This document shows positions 8,594 through 15,886 of a DNA stretch of 64,000 nt, one piece after another. Source of the stretch: a virus; the IMG/VR virus record IMGVR_UViG_3300046779_002349, positions 32,001-96,000 of that record. One strand, 5' to 3'. Position 1 is the first letter of the stretch. Every line of letters starts with the position of its first letter. Position numbers and translations under genes: made by a program. Below the pieces are notes generated by a model. The model was not told the DNA's origin and did no database searches. It saw nothing but the letters and a program-made list of their open reading frames with translations.

Positions 8594-10474
8594 ATGCCTC
8601 AAGTTGACTTTTATAAGCTTATCACAAAAGACAGTGATTTTAAAGACAAGATTAATAAAATCTTGAAATTGATTCACCTTGAGGATGTTAAGTATAACAG
8701 AGGATCAGGTTCCGCACTGAAGCGGAGAGACATGTATATGCACGATCTTTTGAAATTGTGCAACTACAATTTAGGAATTTTAATTCCTATGTTTTTTCCT
8801 AAATATATCAAAGGTAAGCCATTGGACCCTCGAAGGAGACCATTTAGCTTTCTTATGACTGATATCTTTAGTCACGGATTTACGGCTATTAGAGGTAGTC
8901 GTCAGATCGCCAAGTCCACTACTTTTGTAGCTAGGCAACTGATTAAATCCATTTTGTTCAATAACTTTAAAAGCATGTATGTATGTCCTCACGGTGAGCA
9001 TAAGAAAACCTACGCCAACCGTTTTGCTGAGATGGAACTTGCTTGTCCTATTGTTCAAGGGTTACTTAAACAAAACAGTAATTTAAGAAACAATCTATTT
9101 TATAAGCAGTACTCTAATGGTTCTGAAACCAATATTGTTAACTGCTTGGAAAACGTAAGTCAGGCTCGTTCAAAGACTACTGACGAGCTGCTTTATGACG
9201 AGTATCAGCTTTTTGACATTGACCTAGAGGCTGATATTTTCCAATGTCAGTCTGCCAGTGATACTCCTATGACAGTTTATGCAGGTACTAGTACAACTAT
9301 TGATTCTCCACTCGAGTTTCGTTATCAACAAGGAAGTCAGGCTCAATGGTTAGTAAAGTCTATGGACGGAAAGCAGTGGTTAGACTTCTCTGATGCCGAT
9401 ACGCTTATTAGCTGCATTAAACCTCAAGGATTGATTTGTCCATACACCAGTAAACCATTGGATGTAAACGACGGAGAGTTGGTTCATAAATTTGATTCTA
9501 GGCGAGAACTCGGTATGGTGTCCATGCATGTTCCCCAGTTAATTATTTACGATAAAGTTCGTGATGCTTTGGAGTGGGAAAAGATCTATAAAGCATTTCT
9601 GGAAGATAGAGATGATAAGAAGCATAAGTTTCTAGAAGAGGTCGGGGGAATTCCTTCAGAAGAAGGCTCTCGAGAAATTACGGAACAAGATCTAAGAGAT
9701 ATTTGCGTTTTGGGTAGTAGTGCTGAACTTTACGAAAAGGCCCAAACTGGTTATTACTCCAAACTAGTGAGTGCCTGCGACTGGGGTGGTTCTGACGATG
9801 TTCCTAACTACAAAAATAGAAAATCTTTCACTGTGCACAGTATTCTTGGTGTAGCCCCTGACGGAGGTATAGACATTATTTATATACGTCAGTACGATGG
9901 TATGGACTTCCCAACTATTTCTAAGCACATCATTAAGACTCATAAATCTTATGGGTGTATGGCTATGGCTGCTGACTATGGTGTGGGTATGGCTTACAAC
10001 TACCTTATGAAAGAAAACATGAACTCAAATAATTTCTTTATGTTCTCTCTGGTGGGTAGTGGAAAAACAATAAAAATTCTGGATAAGGGAGCTCCAAATC
10101 ACTTCGCTCTAAATAAGACTGAGTCCCTAAGCCAGTTGTTTATTGATATCAAAAATGGACCTCCTAAGATTAGGTGTTATGATTGGGCTGAGTCTGGCCC
10201 TAGATTACAAGAATTTTTAAATCTGTACCGTGTGTTCAATGAAGGAAGCTCTATGAATAGTTTCCATTATCATAAACTAGCGTCGAAACCAGACGACTCT
10301 TTAATGAGTGTTAATTTTGGTTACACTTTGCTTCGTATCATCTTGGGCGAGTCGATTGTATCTAATCAAGTTGATGTCGATCTACATCAAGCGGAAGTCC
10401 TTCATAGAACAGGACTCAACAAAGACTTTGATGATTTCTCAGCTGGAGTATTTTCATCTATTGTTTCTGGGTAG
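8594..10474 (+). CDS. terL: Terminase large subunit
   Basis: Walker A-like RGSRQIAKSTT, Walker B LLYDEYQ, coupling motif AGTS, RNase H-like nuclease motifs ACDWGG, AADYGVG, KPDD. Confidence 0.85.
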   Translation: MPQVDFYKLITKDSDFKDKINKILKLIHLEDVKYNRGSGSALKRRDMYMHDLLKLCNYNLGILIPMFFPKYIKGKPLDPRRRPFSFLMTDIFSHGFTAIRGSRQIAKSTTFVARQLIKSILFNNFKSMYVCPHGEHKKTYANRFAEMELACPIVQGLLKQNSNLRNNLFYKQYSNGSETNIVNCLENVSQARSKTTDELLYDEYQLFDIDLEADIFQCQSASDTPMTVYAGTSTTIDSPLEFRYQQGSQAQWLVKSMDGKQWLDFSDADTLISCIKPQGLICPYTSKPLDVNDGELVHKFDSRRELGMVSMHVPQLIIYDKVRDALEWEKIYKAFLEDRDDKKHKFLEEVGGIPSEEGSREITEQDLRDICVLGSSAELYEKAQTGYYSKLVSACDWGGSDDVPNYKNRKSFTVHSILGVAPDGGIDIIYIRQYDGMDFPTISKHIIKTHKSYGCMAMAADYGVGMAYNYLMKENMNSNNFFMFSLVGSGKTIKILDKGAPNHFALNKTESLSQLFIDIKNGPPKIRCYDWAESGPRLQEFLNLYRVFNEGSSMNSFHYHKLASKPDDSLMSVNFGYTLLRIILGESIVSNQVDVDLHQAEVLHRTGLNKDFDDFSAGVFSSIVSG

Positions 10475-10482
10475 TAGATAAT

Positions 10483-10524
10483 AAAAAAGGTGACACCCCC
10501 GCAGCGTGAATAGCTACGGGGGTG
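10483..10524 (-). terminator. Intrinsic terminator closing the ncRNA region
   Basis: On the minus strand: CACCCCCGTAGC-7 nt loop-GCTGCGGGGGTG, then TCACC and T6. The U.G pair forms only on the minus strand. Confidence 0.65.
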
Positions 10525-10579
10525 ATTGCTTTTAATTGACTGCGTTGATAATTGATTGTGCAGTTGTTTGTTTGGTAAG

Positions 10580-10701
10580 TGGTATCCCGCCCCAAGACAA
10601 CCCGAAAAGGTTCGAGTCATACGATCTTGGGCTATCCAGATATTAAGCCGCCCGAATCAATCGGACCAAAGCCATCTGGTCGGTGCGTAGTCACGCGGGA
10701 T
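10580..10701 (-). ncRNA. tRNA-like structured RNA ending in A-CCA (122 nt)
   Basis: 7-bp acceptor-like stem ATCCCGC/GCGGGAT plus ACCA; internal helices CCAGAT/ATCTGG and CCCAAGA/TCTTGGG; no canonical T loop or anticodon loop. Confidence 0.55.
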
Positions 10702-10889
10702 ATTTGGTAGGGGGAGATTGTTAATAGGTACGAAACTTATTGTTCGTACCAGAAGAGAAATGGGATTATTGTTGGGGCGTACAGAACATTATCTGCGCGA
10801 ATAGCGAACCCAGTAAAATAATTTTTAATGGCTTTTTTGCTGAACAGTAGTTTGTAGCGTATGGTTGTGTTTTTCATGGTAGGGAAAAT

Positions 10890-10974
10890 TGGTGGCCTGG
10901 GCACCTCGGCATTATTGTAGTCAAGCGTCCGCATTGTGGGATAGTTCGCTAATTATTCTACTCATCCGCAGACC
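10890..10974 (-). ncRNA. Small CCA-ended structured RNA (85 nt), possibly Y-RNA-like
   Basis: Terminal helix GGTCTG(C)GG/CCCAGGCC plus ACCA; 3' trailer ATTTTCCC resembles the ATTTCCC trailer of the tRNA at 11538. Confidence 0.45.
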
Positions 10975-10984
10975 GTTTTAAATA

Positions 10985-11208
10985 GGTGAAGCAGGTGGGG
11001 CGTAACTCCCACTGGACTGCACTATTGTGCATCGACATTTTATGAACGTTGAACTGGATTACCCAGTGGCTCTGTCTTATCCCCAATACACTGGGTTTTC
11101 TATTCGGTCAGAGTCCAGTCTTACGTCTTAGCATCTCGGTGTATCTCCGCTAAGACTTGTCAACCAGTCTCATCTTCCTGCGTGTCTACTTTCCACGCCG
11201 CTGCTTCA
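10985..11208 (-). ncRNA. Large tRNA-like RNA (~224 nt) with a structured insertion
   Basis: Acceptor-like stem GAAGCAG/CTGCTTC plus ACC, D-arm-like GCGTG..CACGC, T-arm-like GTGGG/CCCAC, internal hairpins GTCTTAGC/GCTAAGAC, CCCAGTG/CACTGGG, TGCAC/GTGCA. Confidence 0.55.
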
Positions 11209-11537
11209 TTTGTTGTGTATTACCACATTCCAACCCCCTCAATAGACTCTCACTTAAAAGTGAGGATTTTCTTTCTTTACGGCAGCCTCATTGCGGAGGC
11301 TGGAATGTGGTGACATACGATAAAGCTGGTATGTCAGCAGCTGCACATGTGCTTTTCCTACTTATTGTCCAGGTTCTTCACTTTGCTTATGGTTGAGCTT
11401 CAGACTCTAGCCTCAACGGACACCCTAAACATACGTCTTAGTGACGAAATGGCCTCAATGCAATAAGTAAAAACTTTTATCGGTTTTCTCTGATTTTCAT
11501 ATTATTTGTACTTCATATTATTTGTTGTTGGGGAAAT

Positions 11538-11613
11538 TGGTACTCCGACTGGGGCTCGAACCCAGGACCAAGGCGTTATGAGCACCCTGCTCTAACCGCT
11601 GAGCTATCGGAGT
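11538..11613 (-). tRNA. tRNA with CAT anticodon, probably tRNA-Ile2 (lysidine type) rather than Met
   Basis: ACTCCGATAGCTCAGCGGTTAGAGCAGGGTGCTCATAACGCCTTGGTCCTGGGTTCGAGCCCCAGTCGGAGTACCA: full cloverleaf with encoded CCA. C4:G69 and C5:G68 pairs are as in Ile2. Confidence 0.9.
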
Positions 11614-11617
11614 ATAG

Positions 11618-11694
11618 TGGCGTGCTCATCAGGACTTGAACCTGAAACCCACAGCTTAGAAGGCTGTTGCTCTATCCAATTGAGCTATGAGCAC
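11618..11694 (-). tRNA. tRNA-Arg(TCT)
   Basis: GTGCTCATAGCTCAATTGGATAGAGCAACAGCCTTCTAAGCTGTGGGTTTCAGGTTCAAGTCCTGATGAGCACGCCA: cloverleaf, anticodon TCT, encoded CCA. Confidence 0.95.
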
Positions 11695-11702
11695 GTATTT
11701 TT

Positions 11703-12300
11703 CAGAATAGTTTTATTTTGTTATTCATACAATATTACTTGCTGAACTATTCTTATCAGATGGGATAACATTACAATTTAAAAGATTGTTGTTATTGTTT
11801 GCTGAACCCATCTTATCAGATTTCTTGTTATGAACCCAAATCATAGTTTTGTGCTTGCTGAAGAAATCTTATACTAATTTTTAAAACCTGCAATAAATAT
11901 TTTCAGAATAGTTTTATTTTGTTATCCATACAATATTACTTGCTGAACTATTCTTATCAGATTTCTTACCATGAATACCAATTTTCATATTTTTGTGGTT
12001 GCTGAAGAAATCTTATACTCAAATTTTAAATTTGCAACAAATATTTTCAGAATAGTTTTTTTTTGTTTTGCAGACAATATTATTTGCTGAACTATTCTTA
12101 TCAGATCTCGTAACCATGCCTTATGAACTTGATTTGCTGGAGAGATCTTATTTTTTTTTAAATTGGGCAGGATAGTTAGTTAGGGAGTGGCATTAAGCCA
12201 CTATTATTCATATTATTTTTACTTGCTGAACTATCCTTTTCAGATGGGGTAACATTACAATTTAAAAGATTGTTGTTATTGTTTGCTGAACCCATCTTAT
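11703..12300 (-). repeat. Array of nine 50-73 nt hairpin units (ATAAG-stem-TTCAGCAA-variable-stem'-CTG), putative small-RNA array
   Basis: Units at 11703-11756, 11757-11816, 11817-11872, 11904-11957, 11958-12016, 12048-12101, 12102-12151, 12168-12240, 12241-12300. Terminal stems differ in sequence but always pair; CAGCAA is invariant. Confidence 0.85.
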
Positions 12301-12302
12301 AT

Positions 12303-12332
12303 GCTAGTGGGGGCTCCCACACCCCCACTAGC
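12303..12332 (-). other. 11-bp GC-rich hairpin between the TROVE/vWA stop codon and the array
   Basis: GCTAGTGGGGG/CCCCCACTAGC with no U-tract on the minus strand; more likely a processing or stability hairpin than a terminator. Confidence 0.5.
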
Positions 12333-12342
12333 TCCCATTAAC

Positions 12343-13989
12343 CTACACTTCCATGTCACGAATGATTGGTTGATCCAAGCAGTTTGAGGCTGCTACAACC
12401 GCATCATCCGCAGAATTTATAAACTTGATTACAGCAGGTGAAAACCCGCCAAAGTAATAGACGTTACGTGTAGGCCCGTACGTCTCAAACTTTTTAGTTT
12501 GATTTGCTGGGCTTGCTACGTCCCAGAAAACAAACTTGAATTCATCAACGAATTCCTCAGAAAAGAAAGCTTTTAGCTTAGCCTTTGCTGCGTCGAAGTT
12601 GGTATTATTAATGCCAACCCTATTGAACTCACCGTCCGAAATGCAGATAATGCCTTTTGGAAAGTGGGATTCAGGAACTCCTTGATTTTTAAGATTGATG
12701 AAAAGATCAATCACCTTTTGAAAATCTGTGCTGGTGTAGCATCTCGTGCGGTCGTTGAGGTATTTCTCAACAACATTTGCGCCTTGCCACTCATGCAGAA
12801 TAGCAGAATCATGAAACTCAATCCAGCTATTCTGAAATGTACCGGTAAGGAATTCAGAGAATAGTAGCGCGAGCGACTTAGCTACGTGATTTGCTGTGAC
12901 GGTCAAGCCGGTAGCCATACAGCCCATAGAGCTGGAGGTGTCACGAACTACTATCCAAGGAAATGGATTTTCTTCGCACTTACTTTTAAGTTCCTCGAAC
13001 TGCGCGATAATCAAATCGCGAATTTCAGGATTAGGATGTCTACCTCCTTGTAGTGGGGACAACACGTCAAAAACAAAATCGGTAGTCTTCACAGACTGGC
13101 CTGACTTTACTTTTGATGAAATGAACTCGGAGAACTTACTGCTCAAACCTGTACCCTTCAGGAATGTTTTCGATTTCACCAGTATGCTCAACGCTTTACC
13201 GTGGATCTTGTCGAAATCAATTTCCTGAAACTTGCCTTGCGAGATAAGCTGTTGCCATTGGTGTGCCTTACCAGAAGCTTTGAGTTGCCGATACTGTTTA
13301 TAGGTTTTTCCTGTTGGATCCTCCTTTACTCCAAATAAGGCAGAGCAAATGTACTTGGCAATCAGATTTTTAGCCTGAGCCTCAACAGTAGTGCACTTGC
13401 TCTTGGCTTTAATGGATGGAAGGTATTTGCGAATCAGGTGGGTTTGCTTGTCATCCTGCAATCCATCCAGAATTGTAGAAATGATAAACTGCCAATTAAG
13501 CACTCGCCCATCCCAGCCATTGTAGCTGAGGTCTGTAACCAACATTGTAAAAACATCCTTCCAAGAACCCAGGGCAATGAATGCTTTCAAGTTTTTGTTG
13601 AACGTCTCTGGATGGTTTACTGCCAACCAGATCATACGAAGAATAGATTCGTTCTTCAGGCCTTCACCATTTACCATGCCTACAGCTTCACCTTCGTGTA
13701 CTGTATTGCGTTGAACAGCTCGGAGGTATCCCGTGAACTGTACAGCTTGTGTAGCATTGTGTGCCCACAGGATTGACATGTCAGTAGCAACGTCTTTAAA
13801 CTTTCTTGGTGCAATATAACTACCGCACGATTTGAGCTGATCGACTAATGGGTCGCCAGAAGTGTTAAACTTCTTAGCTCCGTTCTGAGATCGAACTTGA
13901 GCTCCCATTTTTTTACCTTGGGTGATAAATGCATTACCCACTACTTGTGCGGCTTGTACAGGTGCCGCTGCCTTTTTTACGTCGAACAT
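12343..13989 (-). CDS. TROVE/vWA-domain protein (Ro60-related, DUF2828-like)
   Basis: Helical N-terminal region with GxGxK, GSWKD and RKYLPS motifs; C-terminal vWA with MIDAS VRDTSSSM, STDF, ISDGEF, FWDV. Confidence 0.75.
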   Translation of the reverse strand: MFDVKKAAAPVQAAQVVGNAFITQGKKMGAQVRSQNGAKKFNTSGDPLVDQLKSCGSYIAPRKFKDVATDMSILWAHNATQAVQFTGYLRAVQRNTVHEGEAVGMVNGEGLKNESILRMIWLAVNHPETFNKNLKAFIALGSWKDVFTMLVTDLSYNGWDGRVLNWQFIISTILDGLQDDKQTHLIRKYLPSIKAKSKCTTVEAQAKNLIAKYICSALFGVKEDPTGKTYKQYRQLKASGKAHQWQQLISQGKFQEIDFDKIHGKALSILVKSKTFLKGTGLSSKFSEFISSKVKSGQSVKTTDFVFDVLSPLQGGRHPNPEIRDLIIAQFEELKSKCEENPFPWIVVRDTSSSMGCMATGLTVTANHVAKSLALLFSEFLTGTFQNSWIEFHDSAILHEWQGANVVEKYLNDRTRCYTSTDFQKVIDLFINLKNQGVPESHFPKGIICISDGEFNRVGINNTNFDAAKAKLKAFFSEEFVDEFKFVFWDVASPANQTKKFETYGPTRNVYYFGGFSPAVIKFINSADDAVVAASNCLDQPIIRDMEV

Positions 13990-14104
13990 AAAAGAAATGC
14001 GTTAGGGTTAGTTAATACTAACGCAAATCTATATAACACAAAAATGGCTATTTTTGCCACGCCAAGCTTTTGTAACTATATAACGCAAAAATCTTTATTT
14101 TTGC

Positions 14105-14719
14105 TTATATTGTGATCTCGTACTGTTTAACGAATTCCAGCATATTTTCATGCAAACCTAATGACCTAAGCTCGTTTATAATTTTTGCTCTATGCTCTTC
14201 TACAATATCATTGAGAGTTTCTCTAGGTTCGATTATATCGTCGTCCTCTGCCAGGTCCCTAATAGAACTAAGAATTAATTTTTGTACCGACTTTGTGAAG
14301 TCCTGCTTTTCAATAACCAATTCCACTTCCATTCTAGAAATTAGAATCTCTTCAATATTGGGCTCCTCCATAATACCATTTACTAGCTCAGCAAGGTCGC
14401 CTGAGTGGATCGCAAGGCAAATGGATGAGAACGCAATTGGATCTTCAAAGAACAGATCAGTAGTAAAGGCCGTTAGGAGCGCGTTTAAGCGGTTTTCGTT
14501 CTGTTCTGGCAATGTAACCCTAAAAAAGTCTTCAAGCTCTGTAAACAGCTCTACAGGATCCATATGATCCACATAACCAGTATCCTCGTTAGTAAAAAGA
14601 AGATTTTCTTCTCCGACGGTCTTGATTGCTATAATAAACAAAGCAATAGCTGTCGCATCCGGATCTCTCAGGATTTCGGCAGCTTTTTCTCTATTAATTG
14701 TCCAATTTTGGTTATACAC
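14105..14719 (-). CDS. Hypothetical protein (acidic, helical)
   Basis: 204-aa ORF overlapping the end of the upstream gene. Confidence 0.65.
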   Translation of the reverse strand: MYNQNWTINREKAAEILRDPDATAIALFIIAIKTVGEENLLFTNEDTGYVDHMDPVELFTELEDFFRVTLPEQNENRLNALLTAFTTDLFFEDPIAFSSICLAIHSGDLAELVNGIMEEPNIEEILISRMEVELVIEKQDFTKSVQKLILSSIRDLAEDDDIIEPRETLNDIVEEHRAKIINELRSLGLHENMLEFVKQYEITI

Positions 14720-15773
14720 GGTCTTTCAAGTCTGTCAGGAAGTCAATTTTGTCTGTAGTGTCTATTTTTTCGAAGATTAGAGCCGCTTCTGCAGTGGTTG
14801 TTGCGTCTTTTGCTTGTTTTAACAGTTCTGCGGTGCTCTTTGGGTAAAATTTGAACAAATCTTCATCAGAGAACTTATTTAGGTCATCTTTTGGCAACAA
14901 AATGCTATCCTCGTCAATTGATACAGCAATATGGGTGCTGGCGATCTTTTCTAGCTCTTTTACAGCAATTCCCGAGTAAATTGTCTCTGCTGCAGTCTTG
15001 TATAGGTCGTGACGTCTAATTTCTGGTGTTAAAATGGCATGATCAAGCAAATCGAACACTTCTACCCATTCCGCTACAGAATCTTCACTCAAATCGCAGG
15101 CCATTTTGATGTACAGCTCTTTCGCTTCAGGATCTTGCACAGAATTAACTCTAAACGCAATCTGAGACGGAATTAGCGACAAATCCATCAATCTATCCTC
15201 AGCAGCCTCTTTAATAAGGGTGGGAACTGAGTCTAGGGCATCAAGGCGCTCTGCAGCCGTTACAATTTTAGCAGCTGCCTCTTTCAGCAGGTCAGAGGGT
15301 AGTTTAGCGTGCATTCTCGCATCTTTCCACTCGTGACAGCTGTGATCCAAGTCAAGGACGTCGTTAAGCGGAAGAAATCCAGTTTGTACACCATCTTCTT
15401 CAATAACTAGCGCAAAATTTTCACCGATGCTTTCCGAGGCCGATTTTTCGATATTTTCTGTGAAAATTTCTTTAACGTCGGAAATTAGAGAGTCCATCTT
15501 CAAAAACGATGCTCTTTTCTCAATTACATCGATAATTTCCGAATCTTCTACTCCCGTACCGTAAACATTACAAGCACTGAGAAAAGTTGTCAGTTCATCG
15601 TAGCAGGGAAACAATTTATTCTTCTGATCCGCAAAAGCATGCTTACTGAGACCTTCAACGCTCTCTCGCGAAGGAATTTCTGCATCGTTTAAAGATTCTG
15701 GAAGCTTACCCTCTAAAGCTCCTAGAGCTTTATAGATGTAAGTAGGATTTTTATCTGTCGTATAGTCCATCAT
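14712..15773 (-). CDS. Putative head-assembly/scaffold-like protein rich in KxA motifs
   Basis: Acidic 353-aa protein with IEKRAS, IEKSAS, LLKEAA, LIKEAA, LYKTAA, LEKIAS, LLKQAK. Confidence 0.55.
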   Translation of the reverse strand: MMDYTTDKNPTYIYKALGALEGKLPESLNDAEIPSRESVEGLSKHAFADQKNKLFPCYDELTTFLSACNVYGTGVEDSEIIDVIEKRASFLKMDSLISDVKEIFTENIEKSASESIGENFALVIEEDGVQTGFLPLNDVLDLDHSCHEWKDARMHAKLPSDLLKEAAAKIVTAAERLDALDSVPTLIKEAAEDRLMDLSLIPSQIAFRVNSVQDPEAKELYIKMACDLSEDSVAEWVEVFDLLDHAILTPEIRRHDLYKTAAETIYSGIAVKELEKIASTHIAVSIDEDSILLPKDDLNKFSDEDLFKFYPKSTAELLKQAKDATTTAEAALIFEKIDTTDKIDFLTDLKDRV

Positions 15774-15886
15774 AGCCTTATCGAAAATTATACATGAACT
15801 ATCTTAAAATACAACCTAAATGTCGCAAAATAAACAAATAGCTTGCTTCTGAGTAATTAATATGTAAAATATTTTTAATATAAATA

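Noticed and set aside
8234-8677. 147-aa minus-strand ORF
   Set aside because: It overlaps both terL and 7987..8433 extensively; the neighbours fit gene packing better.
10836-10850. Tenth CAGCAA unit (ttgctgaacag)
   Set aside because: The core motif is present but there is no complementary closing stem or ATAAG/CTG boundary.
10985-11208. tmRNA (ssrA) call
   Set aside because: It lacks the GGGG 5' end, the G3:U70 pair and a canonical T loop, and no convincing tag ORF was seen; kept as an unclassified tRNA-like RNA.
10402-11396. Short ORFs 10402..10620, 10737..10934 and 11157..11396
   Set aside because: They overlap terL or the structured RNA elements, have atypical composition and show no recognisable motifs.
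11703-12300. CRISPR array interpretation of the repeats
   Set aside because: There is no constant direct repeat with unique spacers; the variable interiors recur between units and the conserved feature is base pairing.
12303-12332. Intrinsic terminator after the TROVE gene
   Set aside because: The stem is strong but has no U-tract on the coding strand; recorded as a hairpin of uncertain role.
14105-15773. Portal protein call
   Set aside because: No ORF here or elsewhere in the window shows portal size plus recognisable motifs; the portal is probably outside the window.
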